From NCBI GenBank assembly GCA_963665275.2, contig CAXXIN010000013.1:64001-128000 (forward strand): a stretch of DNA of 64,000 nucleotides, read 5' to 3'. The notes below the pieces were generated by a model that worked only from the letters and a program-made list of their open reading frames with translations, did not search any database and had not been told where the DNA came from. Each line of letters begins with the position of its first letter. Position 1 is the stretch's first letter. Both the position numbers and the translations under genes were made by a program. Of this stretch, positions 1 through 9,706 are shown piece by piece. This stretch comes from Negativicutes bacterium. Lineage in GTDB: Bacteria; Bacillota; Negativicutes; UBA1444.

Positions 1-14
1 GAAACAATGCGCAT
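1..14 (-). CDS. 5' end of a gene running out of the window (MRIVS...)
   Basis: Minus strand reads AAAGGAG-N9-ATG CGC ATT GTT TC at the window edge; product unknown. Confidence 0.5.
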
Positions 15-163
15 AGCAGTCGGCTCCTTTGCCCTATTCGAACCACTCCACTGCTCCAGTGGGCGCGGACAATCAGTATTTAGTAAATATTAGTTCGACA
101 TTTGCCGCATATTACCTGCCCGACAGAATGCTTATCCGATATATTGTATAATGGCCGGGGAAT

Positions 164-187
164 AAAAGAAAGCCGCCAAAAAGCGGC
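164..187 (-). terminator. Intrinsic terminator after AEC transporter
   Basis: GCCGC-TTTTTG-GCGGC hairpin followed by TTTCTTTT on minus strand. Confidence 0.6.
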
Positions 188-227
188 AGGCGCCCCGGAG
201 GCTACCATTACAGGCTTTGAAAAGTCT

Positions 228-1163
228 TTACCACAGGAAAAGCGCCGGAAAAACCAGCAGCAGATAGACCGCTGTTGATAGGACAAAGGCGCCCACGGCT
301 AGATGGAGATTCAATCCGAACAGCTTCATCGCGATCACCGCATTGACCGCGGTCGGCTGGGCTGCGAGCAGGATCAGCGTCCGAAAGGCCGTCATATCGT
401 GGATGAAGAACCCAGCAAAAGCGACAATGAATACAGGCGTTATCACGCATTTGATTATTGTGATATCCAACGCATCACGCCAATAGTGCCGAACCTCGCC
501 AAAATCCATAGAATAGCCTACCGGGACCAAAAAAGTCCAGGCGGAGAAATGAATCATCATGTCAAATGCCGGCAGAAAACTCTCCGGGCGATGCACGCCC
601 AGCCAATTGAGCAGAATGCCGACGCACATCCCGACCAACGGTACCTGATTGCGATTGAACAGGATCTGCTTCAGATTTATGCGCAACCCGCTGCCATGAT
701 CATACACATTCCTGTAATGCTGCGCGAGGGGATAGGCAAAGCCGAACATCAGCAGGCTGTTGAACAATAGAGTCATCTGAGTATAGGCATAACCGGTCTC
801 ACCGTACAGAATATAGGCGGACAACGAACCGAGCGTGACATGGTTCGATAAAAATCCCGAGATGGTGTAGCTGCCATAATCCAGGCTGCTTTTGTATTTC
901 CGGCGCCCCCATAACAGGGCCAGCCCGCCCGGGATAATATGGAGCAATATGCCGAATATCGGCAGCCATATGAGATCGAATACCGGAACCAGGCCCCAGA
1001 TGCTGAAAGCAGTGAGCCCCGGGAACAAGACAATGATGCCGAAAGAAATCATCCAGTTAAAAATACGTTCACTGCCCCGCGCCGACCTACGCAACGTATA
1101 GCCAACGATCAACGGCAGAATCATATCAATGAATAGCGTTATGAACTTGGCTGCTATATCCAT
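228..1163 (-). CDS. AEC (auxin efflux carrier/malate permease) family membrane transporter
   Basis: 311 aa, about 10 hydrophobic segments, two-half organisation, C-terminal AAQPTAVNA motif. Confidence 0.75.
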   Translation of the reverse strand: MDIAAKFITLFIDMILPLIVGYTLRRSARGSERIFNWMISFGIIVLFPGLTAFSIWGLVPVFDLIWLPIFGILLHIIPGGLALLWGRRKYKSSLDYGSYTISGFLSNHVTLGSLSAYILYGETGYAYTQMTLLFNSLLMFGFAYPLAQHYRNVYDHGSGLRINLKQILFNRNQVPLVGMCVGILLNWLGVHRPESFLPAFDMMIHFSAWTFLVPVGYSMDFGEVRHYWRDALDITIIKCVITPVFIVAFAGFFIHDMTAFRTLILLAAQPTAVNAVIAMKLFGLNLHLAVGAFVLSTAVYLLLVFPALFLW

Positions 1164-1195
1164 CCGGATTACACCACTTTCATCTTATAAAAGCA

Positions 1196-1266
1196 ACAGG
1201 TCGCCGCATCGGGATTCCAGTTGCATGTTAATTATACATGCTGGATCCCAAAATGCGAAGACCTGT
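1196..1266. repeat. Long imperfect inverted repeat (hairpin)
   Basis: ACAGGTC/GACCTGT, CGCAT/ATGCG, GGGA/TCCC, TCCAG/CTGGA and CATGT/ACATG form nested stems. Confidence 0.8.
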
Positions 1267-1297
1267 CGATGCCGGTTATTATCTGGATCGTCGCCAG

Positions 1298-2515
1298 TTA
1301 AAGAATCTGACTGATATGCATGGCCTTGAACTTACCGCTCGCCTTGGCCGCTTTGTTGAGCTGAATGAGGCAGCCGGGACAACCGGTCACCACGATGTCC
1401 GCTCCAGTTGCTTCTATATTCTGGCGTTTCTTGTCGATGATGCTGTCGGAGATCTCCGGATAGTCCATAAAGAACGACCCACCGCCTCCACAGCACATAT
1501 CCGCATCTTTCATTTCGCAGTAGTCGCCAGCCGCCGCCACTAGAGCCCTTGGCTCTTTTTTGATACCCTGCCCGCGCACCAGATGGCATGGATCGTGGTA
1601 GGTAATCTTTGCCCCGCTTTTTTGGCGCGGCACATAGCCGGCCTTGGCCAGGTACTCCGTCAGATCCAGAATCTTGGCGCTGAACGCCGCCGCGCGGTCT
1701 TTCCATTCAGGATCATTGGCAAAATACGAGGCCACATGTTTCAAAGTTCCGCTGCAACTCGCACAGTCGCTGACCACCAGATCAACGTCTTCAAACTGTC
1801 GGATATTCTCTTTGGCGAGTTCCAAAAATTCGCTCTCCATCGCATGCGCCAGGTGCGGAAGTCCACAACAGACATTGTCCCGGGTTACGGGCTTCGTGAC
1901 GCGCCCGAGTACTTCCATCGTCTGCGCGGCTGCCTCCGGAAACATGATCTGCATGCCGCAACCCTTGAAGTAAGCCACCCGGCTGGTTGCCGTCACTGCC
2001 GCGTTTGAAGGGGAAGTCGCCGTTCCCAGTGCGCCTGGGCCGGCAAACGCCGTCAGGAAATGTTGCCTCGTGTATTCGTCCGGCGCAGCGCCGAACGGGG
2101 CCAGGGAGTTCATGCCGAGTTTTCGCGCGACCGACAGTCCTGCGGCTCCCAACTTCACCATCCAGGGCCGACTCATCACGCCGCCCACGAAACGGTATTT
2201 CAGACTGGGGCCGTCGGCGTTGTCGGCCAGATATTGCCGGGCCAGGATCATGGCTTCGTCGGTTCTGACTTTGGCCGGACAGGCAGTGACGCACCGCTGG
2301 CACAAAATGCAGAAATCAAGGGCAGCCCGGACTTCAGGAGTTGGTTCCAGCACTCCGTCCGCCATCGCCCGCAGGATCGTGTTTTTGCCACGGGCAGCCG
2401 AAGCTTCGAGGTCTTTGCTCCCGAACAGAGGGCAGACTGTAAGGCAATTGCCGCAACGGTCGCACTGGGAAACGAGCGCCCGCGCCGCGTCGAGTTTTTC
2501 CTGAGATTTATTCAT
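1298..2515 (-). CDS. glcF: GlcF-like Fe-S subunit (two 4Fe-4S motifs plus two CCG domains)
   Basis: CDRCGNCLTVCP and CILCQRCVTACP; CCG motifs; YHDPCHL; adjacent to GlcD-like gene. Confidence 0.8.
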   Translation of the reverse strand: MNKSQEKLDAARALVSQCDRCGNCLTVCPLFGSKDLEASAARGKNTILRAMADGVLEPTPEVRAALDFCILCQRCVTACPAKVRTDEAMILARQYLADNADGPSLKYRFVGGVMSRPWMVKLGAAGLSVARKLGMNSLAPFGAAPDEYTRQHFLTAFAGPGALGTATSPSNAAVTATSRVAYFKGCGMQIMFPEAAAQTMEVLGRVTKPVTRDNVCCGLPHLAHAMESEFLELAKENIRQFEDVDLVVSDCASCSGTLKHVASYFANDPEWKDRAAAFSAKILDLTEYLAKAGYVPRQKSGAKITYHDPCHLVRGQGIKKEPRALVAAAGDYCEMKDADMCCGGGGSFFMDYPEISDSIIDKKRQNIEATGADIVVTGCPGCLIQLNKAAKASGKFKAMHISQIL

Positions 2516-2530
2516 AAGGAAAGGCCTCCA

Positions 2531-3922
2531 TTACCAGATCTTTCCGGGATTGAGAATCCCTTTGGGGTCAAGCGCCTGCTTGACGGACTTGAGGGCGGCA
2601 ACGCCGGCTTCGCCCAAAGCTTTGACGATATAAGGCCGCTTGGTGATCCCGATCCCATGCTCGCCAGACAGAGTTCCGCCGACGGAGAGCGCAACGTCGA
2701 AAATTTCGCCAACGACATGATGGGCCAGTTTTTCTTCGGCTGGATTGCTGAGATCACACAGCACCGAGGGATGCAGGTTGCCGTCTCCCGCATGACCGAA
2801 CACTGCGATAGGCAGCCCGTTCCTGAGCGAAACTTCTTTGAGCCGCCTCACGGCTTCCGGGAATGCGTCGCGAGGCACGGAGATATCTTCCCCGAGCCGG
2901 TTGGGCGCCATGGCTGCGACGGCCGAACTTAGCCCCCGCCGAATCGCCCACAGTTCATCGGCCTCTGCCTGTGACTGCGCAACTCGGAAGGAAACGGCAT
3001 GAAGGTTGGCAACAACTTTACTGATGGCGTCGGACTGCTGTTTGAGAGAGGCCTCGTCCGGTCCATCGACCTCTAAGATCAGGCAGGCTTTGGCCTCCGG
3101 ATCAAAAGGCGTTTTCTTTTGCCTGACAATGGCTTCCAAACTGACGTCATCGATCAGTTCGGCCACCGACGGCACGATATTTTGCTGCAGCATGTCATGG
3201 ACAGCGGCGCAGCCATCATCAAGGGAGCGAAAAAACACCTGCATGACGCCGCGTTTGGCCGGCATGGGGATTAGTCGCAGGATGGCTTTGGTGACGATGC
3301 CCAGTGTCCCTTCGGAACCGACCATGAGTTGGGTAAGGTTGTACCCGGTGACATTTTTAATGGACTTGCCGCCGGTTTTGATGATGGAACCGTCAGCCAT
3401 GACGACTTCGAGACCCATGACATAGTTGGCAGTGACACCGTACTTAACGGCGCGCATTCCGCCGGCGTTCTCGGCGACATTACCGCCGATGAGCGAATAG
3501 GCCCAACTGGCAGGGTCGGGCGGATAGAAGAGCCCTTCCTTCGCACAATAGTCATACAGATCCTTGGTTCGAACACCCGCTTCGGTGGTTACCATCATGT
3601 TTTTCTTATCCAGTTCCAGAATATCTGTCATACGGTCCAGCGTAAGCGCAATTCCTCCATGCAGAGGAACGCTGCCGCCGGAACGTCCGCTGGAAGCGCC
3701 GCGAGGGGTGACAGGTATGCCGTGCTCGAAAGCGATTTTCATGACCCCGGACACTTCCTCTACACTGCGGGGACGTACGACGAGATCCGGCTTATTCGCG
3801 GTCGCCAGGGCTACAGGGGACGAATCGTAGGAATAGCCAAACCGCTCCAAATCGGAGGTCAGCACATGTTCCTTGCCAACGATCTCCCGCAGTTGTCCGA
3901 CAATTTTTTCTTCAATAGCCAA
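2531..3922 (-). CDS. glcD: FAD-linked 2-hydroxyacid dehydrogenase, GlcD/D-lactate/D-2-hydroxyglutarate dehydrogenase family
   Basis: PDPAS..IGGNVAENAGG, GSEGTLG, GHAGDGNLH, GEHGIG, LNPGK motifs. Confidence 0.85.
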   Translation of the reverse strand: MAIEEKIVGQLREIVGKEHVLTSDLERFGYSYDSSPVALATANKPDLVVRPRSVEEVSGVMKIAFEHGIPVTPRGASSGRSGGSVPLHGGIALTLDRMTDILELDKKNMMVTTEAGVRTKDLYDYCAKEGLFYPPDPASWAYSLIGGNVAENAGGMRAVKYGVTANYVMGLEVVMADGSIIKTGGKSIKNVTGYNLTQLMVGSEGTLGIVTKAILRLIPMPAKRGVMQVFFRSLDDGCAAVHDMLQQNIVPSVAELIDDVSLEAIVRQKKTPFDPEAKACLILEVDGPDEASLKQQSDAISKVVANLHAVSFRVAQSQAEADELWAIRRGLSSAVAAMAPNRLGEDISVPRDAFPEAVRRLKEVSLRNGLPIAVFGHAGDGNLHPSVLCDLSNPAEEKLAHHVVGEIFDVALSVGGTLSGEHGIGITKRPYIVKALGEAGVAALKSVKQALDPKGILNPGKIW

Positions 3923-3973
3923 AGGCTCAGCTCCTTTCGTTTTATCAAAATCACAAGCCCATACAAATAAATC

Positions 3974-5371
3974 TTACAGCACGCCGATCCATTTCCAATA
4001 AGTGAAGACAACCACGCTGAAGAATGTGGCGGCCAAAACGCTTACATACGCACCTGTCTTCATAAGCTCACTTGCCTTAACCTGATTGGTGCCGTTGATC
4101 ACCGCGTTCGGCATATTGGATACCGGCAGCAGGTATTGATGCTGCATGTTCATACCGAGAACCAGTGCAAAAATCATCGGATTGGCGCCGATTGCCGTTG
4201 CGTGAGCGATGACGATCGGAGTGAGCGCCGTTGTTTTGGGCCCGCCGCCAGTAAAGAATACTTGGAGTGCAGTCACAATCCAGATCAACAACACAATCTG
4301 AACGGAGTAATCCATAGCCGCTATCGGCTTCAGCATAGTTCCCGCCAGCCATTTGGCCGCGCCGGAAGTTGCCAGTGCGCCGCCCATCGAAAGCCCGGCG
4401 CCATACAGTACGAAAATACTCCAGGGGACTTTGGTCTGCGCTTCCTTCCAGCTCATGACGCCAATACCGGGCCATAGCAGGAGTACGACTGAAAATAAGC
4501 CAACAATGGCAACATTAATTCGATGAATGGAATCGGTGGCCCAGAGCGCCAAGGTGAGCGAGAATACCAACAAAGTATAGTATTCCACCCGTGTTACCGG
4601 GCCCATCTTATCAAGTTCCGTTTTCACATATTCCTGGCCTTGGCCGAGAGTGGCCATTTCCGGCGGCCACAGAAAACGAATCAGAAGTACTGAGATGAAG
4701 GCGAGTGTAAATGCCGGCGGTGCGCCGACTCGGAACCACTCTGCCCAGGAAATGTTTGTTCCGGTGGCTGCCTGAATCAAACCGACCGTTATGGGGTTGC
4801 CTACATGGGCGGTCAAAACGCCGATACTCATGGCCGTTCCACTCATGGCAACAATGAAGAGCAACGCTTTCACGATATTGCTCTGACCTTCTTTGGCATT
4901 GAAGGCCTGCCCGATACCGAGCACGATCGGCAACATCAACAGCGTCCGAGCGGTAATCGAAGGAACCAGGAATGTCATGACAAGCATAACCAGCGCAATC
5001 GCCCAATAAATTTTGTTTGCATTGCCACCCGCCAAATTAACCAGGTACAATGCAATGCGCTTGGACAGACCGGATTTTTCCATGGCCCCTGCCATAATGA
5101 AACCTATGACAATCAGCCATAGTGAGGTATTGGAGTAACCGGAAAATGCCCCCGCCAGAGATGTGGCCTTGAGTGCAGCCAACAGAAGTACAATGATAAG
5201 TCCGCTTAATGCATCCTCGATAGCCTGGGTCACCCAGACGATGATGGCAAATACTGATACTGCCATCGCCATTTTGGCCGCCTGCGGCAGTCCGGTCACT
5301 GCCGGCATCCCAAAGGCAATCAGTAACATGGCCGCTATGCCCCCCCAAAGACCCAGTTGCTTTTTTGTCAT
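3974..5371 (-). CDS. DASS/SLC13 di-/tricarboxylate transporter
   Basis: 465 aa polytopic protein; MEKSGLSKRIAL, VPSITAR, PVSNMPNA motifs. Confidence 0.85.
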   Translation of the reverse strand: MTKKQLGLWGGIAAMLLIAFGMPAVTGLPQAAKMAMAVSVFAIIVWVTQAIEDALSGLIIVLLLAALKATSLAGAFSGYSNTSLWLIVIGFIMAGAMEKSGLSKRIALYLVNLAGGNANKIYWAIALVMLVMTFLVPSITARTLLMLPIVLGIGQAFNAKEGQSNIVKALLFIVAMSGTAMSIGVLTAHVGNPITVGLIQAATGTNISWAEWFRVGAPPAFTLAFISVLLIRFLWPPEMATLGQGQEYVKTELDKMGPVTRVEYYTLLVFSLTLALWATDSIHRINVAIVGLFSVVLLLWPGIGVMSWKEAQTKVPWSIFVLYGAGLSMGGALATSGAAKWLAGTMLKPIAAMDYSVQIVLLIWIVTALQVFFTGGGPKTTALTPIVIAHATAIGANPMIFALVLGMNMQHQYLLPVSNMPNAVINGTNQVKASELMKTGAYVSVLAATFFSVVVFTYWKWIGVL

Positions 5372-5410
5372 TCCCGCTCCCCCTTTATATTCACAAAAAT
5401 CTGTATTTTA

Positions 5411-5480
5411 ATATTACATAAATTATTCATTGGAACCAATGATGTGATGATGAACGACAAAAAACGACCCCCAAAATGCT
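5411..5480 (-). promoter_or_regulatory. Putative sigmaA promoter with upstream LytTR-type direct repeat (DASS operon)
   Basis: AGCATTTTGG-N11-TGTCGTTCAT-N10-TTGGTT-N17-TAATAT; same geometry as the korD promoter. Confidence 0.5.
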
Positions 5481-5503
5481 TTGCAGCGTTACGAGCGTCG
5501 TTT
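5459..5503 (-). terminator. Terminator-like hairpin after lhgO-like gene
   Basis: AAACGAC...GTCGTTT stem with GCAA loop, followed by T run on minus strand. Confidence 0.5.
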
Positions 5504-5531
5504 GTAGCTATAAGTTAAAAAGAACAATTGT

Positions 5532-6668
5532 TTATAACTCAACCCAACCGGACACCATGCGGGCAATGGATATGCAGGCGGTAAGTCCTGGTGATTCAAT
5601 ACCGACCAGGTTAATGAACCCCGGCAAGCCATGATCGATTTCGTGCCTGATGACGAAGTCTTTGGTCGGGTCGGTGGGTGACTGGATTTTTGGCCGAATT
5701 CCTGCCATATCCGGCGCAATATCTTCACGCGTCAAAAACGGCAGATAACTGCCGGCCGCCTTGAAAAACTCGTCGCCATGGTCAGCATCGACATCATAAC
5801 TGATATCATCGACATAAAACGCACTGGGGCCGAGCCGAGCCCGCCCGTCCAGGCTCTTGGTCACATGGATTCCCAGGCCTTTCAGTGCTTTCAGCGGCGG
5901 TGGATATACCAGGTGGTTCAGGAGTTTGGACTTGGCCGCCGAGATTGAAAAATATTCCCCTTTGACCCAATAGATCCGCCAGCCTTCTTGCTGCGGGTTC
6001 AACCCGAGCCAGGCGCCGATCCTGTCACTCCACAGTCCGGCGCAGTTCACGAGATATCGGCAGGCCAGTTGGTCTTCCGATCCATCCGGGCCACGAAAAG
6101 TCACTTCATATTCGCCGGTAACTCCATCGCGTTCCACTGCCGTAACTTCGTTCCGGTAGACGATGCAATTTTCCGGACCTGATTCCACAATCTGTTCAAA
6201 CTTCGCCATGAGCTTATGGCTATCGACAATGCCGGTCGATGGTGAATGAATCGCAGCCACCGCCCTAATGTCGGGCTCCAGCTTCATCACGTCCGCTTTG
6301 GCCAATTCTTTCAGGTCAGTCATCCCGTTGATGGCTCCCTGTCGGGCAATGGCTTCAATATGCGGTATTTCCGATTCATCGCGGGCAATAATCAGTTTAC
6401 CGATCTTCTGGTGCGGAATCGTATATTTTTCGCAGAATTCGTAGAGTAGCGGGCGCCCTTCCAGGCAAAGCCGCGCTTTGAGTGAATCCGTAGGATAATA
6501 CATGCCGCCGTGCACCACTTCGCTGTTCCGGCTTGAAGTATGCCAGCCGAATTGCTGCTCCTTATCCATCACAACAATGCTCGCCTGCGGTTTCTGCCGC
6601 GTCAGTTCCGCCGCTACAGCCAGGCCTACAACTCCTGCGCCGATTACAATGACATCTACTTTATCCAT
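5532..6668 (-). CDS. lhgO: FAD-dependent oxidoreductase, L-2-hydroxyglutarate oxidase family
   Basis: GAGVVG, TSSRNSEVVHGGMYY...SLKA, KGEYF, GLGIH, AGIRPK, GIESPGLT motifs. Confidence 0.75.
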   Translation of the reverse strand: MDKVDVIVIGAGVVGLAVAAELTRQKPQASIVVMDKEQQFGWHTSSRNSEVVHGGMYYPTDSLKARLCLEGRPLLYEFCEKYTIPHQKIGKLIIARDESEIPHIEAIARQGAINGMTDLKELAKADVMKLEPDIRAVAAIHSPSTGIVDSHKLMAKFEQIVESGPENCIVYRNEVTAVERDGVTGEYEVTFRGPDGSEDQLACRYLVNCAGLWSDRIGAWLGLNPQQEGWRIYWVKGEYFSISAAKSKLLNHLVYPPPLKALKGLGIHVTKSLDGRARLGPSAFYVDDISYDVDADHGDEFFKAAGSYLPFLTREDIAPDMAGIRPKIQSPTDPTKDFVIRHEIDHGLPGFINLVGIESPGLTACISIARMVSGWVEL

Positions 6669-6731
6669 TCAAACCCCTCCTCGTTCAATTCTAATATTCG
6701 CCTAAGATGGGTCTTTTCCTTTCCCTGGCAG

Positions 6732-6774
6732 AAAAAATGACGCCCACGCGCAGATTGCTGCAACATGAGCGCCA
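6732..6774 (-). terminator. Intrinsic terminator after kor operon
   Basis: TGGCGCTCATG/CGTGGGCGTCA stem (G-U pairs) plus inner stem, followed by TTTTTT. Confidence 0.7.
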
Positions 6775-6830
6775 TTTGTAATCAACGGGGTGCGTATTTT
6801 ACGCCTATCAATTTGTTAAGAATCAAGTTC

Positions 6831-7367
6831 CTACGCATTGTCCCGCACGAGCTGGAACCCGATCTCAATCGCCTGTTTGTTCTTGGCTTCGGTTCCCTTG
6901 GGTACCCGTGCCAGCACTGCCGCGACCAGAGAATCCTGGCTCACGGTCTGCGTCAGCCCCACGATCGCACCGAGGGCGATGATGTTGGCGAACATGTCCT
7001 TACCCAGTTCATCCCGCGCCGCCTTCGTGATCGGCAGCGCCACGATCTTCGCCTTGGTCTCGCTCAGTTCCCGCACGAAGGTGGAGTCCACGACCAAGCT
7101 GGCCTCGCCGCCGACGCTGTTCCCGTATTTGTTGAAGGATTCCTGGCTCATCGCCAAGAGGATGTCTGCTTTCAGTACTTTCGGGTAGTCGATGGTCTCA
7201 TCCGAGATGATGACTTCCGCCCGGCTTGCGCCGCCTCTGGCTTCCGGTCCGTAGGACTGGGTCTGGATGGCCTGTTTGCCGTCGAGCACGGCGGCTTCGG
7301 CAAGGATGATCCCGGCCAGGATCAGGCCCTGGCCGCCGGTGCCTGTGAGTACGATCTGTTTCATCAT
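6831..7367 (-). CDS. korC: 2-oxoacid:ferredoxin oxidoreductase gamma subunit
   Basis: GTGGQG, QSYGPEARGG motifs; start reassigned to the ATG overlapping the korB stop. Confidence 0.9.
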   Translation of the reverse strand: MMKQIVLTGTGGQGLILAGIILAEAAVLDGKQAIQTQSYGPEARGGASRAEVIISDETIDYPKVLKADILLAMSQESFNKYGNSVGGEASLVVDSTFVRELSETKAKIVALPITKAARDELGKDMFANIIALGAIVGLTQTVSQDSLVAAVLARVPKGTEAKNKQAIEIGFQLVRDNA

Positions 7368-8191
7368 GCCTCTGCGCCTCCCTTGCCCTGGAGCCGGGCG
7401 ATCAGTTTGTCGTATTCGGCGGTGTATTCCGGCGCTTCGGATTTGTGCAGCTCGCCGATGACGAATTTGCCCACGAGTTCTTCCGGTTTCATTTTGACTG
7501 CGGCCTGGATGAATACGGCGTTGTCTTTTTGCCACTGCATCATCTGCGCCGGCGAGCCCATTTTGTTCTTGCGTCCGAACGAGGTCGGGCACTGGGTGAT
7601 GCCGTCAATGACGGAAAAGCCTTTGTTGGCGATGCCTTTGGCGATGATGTCGGTGAGCTGCATCGCATGATACGCCGTGCCCCGCGCGACGTAGGTGGCG
7701 CCGGCGGCGATCGCCAGGGCCGCGATGTCGAAGGGCCGCTCTAGGCTGCCGTAGGGGGCGGTGGTGGCCATGGTGCCGTGCGGTGACAGCGGCGAGGATT
7801 GGCCGCCGGTCATGCCGTAGATGCTGTTGTTGAAGATGATGGTAGTGAGGTCGATGTTCCGCCGGCAGGCGTGAATGAAGTGGTTGCCGCCGATGGCGGT
7901 GGCATCGCCGTCGCCGGTGATGACGATGACGTTCAGTTCCGGGTTGGCCAGTTTGATGCCGGTGGCAAAGGGCAACGCCCGGCCGTGGGCGGTATGAACG
8001 GTGTTGAAGTTCATGTAGCCTGAGGCGCGCGAGGAGCAGCCGATGCCGGAGACGATGATGGTTTTCTTCTGCTCGAGCTGCTGTTTGTCGATGGCCCGCA
8101 ATATGGCGGCGAGCAAGATGCCGTGGCCGCAGCCGGGGCACCAGATATGCGGCAGTGCGCTCTGCCGGAGATATTTTTCAAGTACGGCCAT
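7364..8191 (-). CDS. korB: 2-oxoacid:ferredoxin oxidoreductase beta (TPP-binding) subunit
   Basis: WCPGCGHG, GIGCSS, GDGD, YGMTGGQ; start MAVLEK overlaps korA stop. Confidence 0.9.
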   Translation of the reverse strand: MAVLEKYLRQSALPHIWCPGCGHGILLAAILRAIDKQQLEQKKTIIVSGIGCSSRASGYMNFNTVHTAHGRALPFATGIKLANPELNVIVITGDGDATAIGGNHFIHACRRNIDLTTIIFNNSIYGMTGGQSSPLSPHGTMATTAPYGSLERPFDIAALAIAAGATYVARGTAYHAMQLTDIIAKGIANKGFSVIDGITQCPTSFGRKNKMGSPAQMMQWQKDNAVFIQAAVKMKPEELVGKFVIGELHKSEAPEYTAEYDKLIARLQGKGGAEA

Positions 8192-9327
8192 TATTTGACA
8201 CCTCCCGCTTTCAGGATCGGTTCCAGGATTTCTTCCGGTTCGAACAGTTCCCCATCGACCCGGGTGACGGATACGACTTTGTCCCGGCCGACGTAGCGTT
8301 CGATTTCGCCGACGAGCTGGCCGCAGTTGAGTTCGGGAACGATGATGGTTTTGGCGTGCTTGGTTTTTTCCATGACCATCTCCGCCGGGAACGGCCAAAT
8401 GGTGATGAGTTTCAGGAGTCCGACTTTGGCGCCCTTGGCCCTGGCTTCTTTGACGGCGGCGCTGGCGGCGCGGGAAGACCCGCCGTAGGTGAGGACGATG
8501 ACGTCGGCGCCGGCCAGGCCGTCTTCGGTGTAGAGGGTGATGTCCTTTTGCGCCCGGGTGAGTTTACTCTCGAGACGGTGCACGAGTTCGTCGGTGACTT
8601 TGCCGCCGCCTGAGGGCATGCCGGCGTAGGTGTGGACCAAGCCGGTGACATGATAATAGTAGCCGGTTCCGAACGGGGCCATCGGCGGCACGCCGTCGGC
8701 GTCGGGTTTATAGGCCTGATAGGTTTCCGGGGGGTCGGTCGGGGTCTTGCGGTTCATAACGGTAATTTCGGAGTCCTCCGGCAGTTCCACGCGCTCGCGC
8801 ATGTGGCCGATGACTTCGTCTAGCAAGAGGATGACGGGGGTGCGGTATTTTTCAGAGAAGTTGACGGAGGCTACGGCGACGTCGTAGGCTTCCCGAACGG
8901 AGCCGGGAGACAGGACGATGATGCCGTGGTCGCCATGAGTGCCCCAGCGCGACTGCATGACGTCTCCCTGCGCGGGAGAGGTCGGCAGGCCGGTGGAGGG
9001 ACCCATTCGCTGGACGTTGACGATGACGCAGGGGATTTCGGTCATGCAGCCATAGCCGATGAGTTCCTGTTTGAGGGAGAAGCCGGGACCGCTGGTGGCG
9101 GTGATGGCTTTGACGCCGGTGAGCGACGCCCCGAGGACAGCGCCCATGCTGGCGATTTCGTCTTCCATCTGGATGAATTTGCCGCCGATTTTCGGCAGTT
9201 CTTCCGCCAGGATTTCGGCGACTTCGGTGCTGGGGGTGATGGGGTATCCGGCAAAGAAGCGGACGCCGGCGGCAAGCATGCCTGCGGCGCAGGCCTGGTT
9301 GCCTTGCATCAGTCGAGCTGGACTCAT
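8191..9327 (-). CDS. korA: 2-oxoacid:ferredoxin oxidoreductase alpha subunit
   Basis: GYPITPSTE, QMEDEIAS, ATSGPGFSL, GPSTGLPT motifs; start MSPARL. Confidence 0.9.
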   Translation of the reverse strand: MSPARLMQGNQACAAGMLAAGVRFFAGYPITPSTEVAEILAEELPKIGGKFIQMEDEIASMGAVLGASLTGVKAITATSGPGFSLKQELIGYGCMTEIPCVIVNVQRMGPSTGLPTSPAQGDVMQSRWGTHGDHGIIVLSPGSVREAYDVAVASVNFSEKYRTPVILLLDEVIGHMRERVELPEDSEITVMNRKTPTDPPETYQAYKPDADGVPPMAPFGTGYYYHVTGLVHTYAGMPSGGGKVTDELVHRLESKLTRAQKDITLYTEDGLAGADVIVLTYGGSSRAASAAVKEARAKGAKVGLLKLITIWPFPAEMVMEKTKHAKTIIVPELNCGQLVGEIERYVGRDKVVSVTRVDGELFEPEEILEPILKAGGVK

Positions 9328-9530
9328 TATTTCGCCGCCTCCTTCTCTTTTTTTACGACCTGAATCGCGAAGTCCGGGCAGCGTAGTTCGCACTGGCCGC
9401 ACGAGATACAGGCTTCCGGCGCTTTTTCATACACTTTGCCCAACTCATCGAGTTCGAGCACTTGTTTCGGGCAGAACGCCACGCAGATCCCACAGCCTTT
9501 GCAGAATTTCCGGTTAATGATAACTGCCAA
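9327..9530 (-). CDS. korD: 2x[4Fe-4S] ferredoxin, delta subunit
   Basis: CKGCGICVAFCP and CISCGQCELRCP; TTG start 7 nt after AGGAGG. Confidence 0.85.
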   Translation of the reverse strand: MAVIINRKFCKGCGICVAFCPKQVLELDELGKVYEKAPEACISCGQCELRCPDFAIQVVKKEKEAAK

Positions 9531-9586
9531 TTTCAAGCCTCCTATTTCAATAAAAACGTAAGGGTTGGAAGTCTCTTCTACCGTAA

Positions 9587-9656
9587 ATCTTAATAGAAAT
9601 TTTTGTATGAGACAAAGGAATATGAACGAGGTGCGAAAAAAAGCACCCGAGTTGCA
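9587..9656 (-). promoter_or_regulatory. Putative sigmaA promoter with LytTR-type direct repeat (kor operon)
   Basis: TGCAACTCGG-N11-CGCACCTCGT-N10-TTGTCT-N17-TAAGAT. Confidence 0.6.
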
Positions 9657-9673
9657 GATATACAACACGGGTG
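9636..9673 (-). terminator. Intrinsic terminator after response regulator
   Basis: CACCCG.GTTG...CAAC.CGGGTG hairpin followed by CTTTTTTT. Confidence 0.7.
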
Positions 9674-9706
9674 TACAAAGTACAAACTAAATACAAACCG
9701 ATTTTC

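Noticed and set aside
6765-9517. Many long overlapping ORFs around the kor genes
   Set aside because: Alternative-frame shadows caused by high GC3; the minus-strand frames carry the conserved motifs
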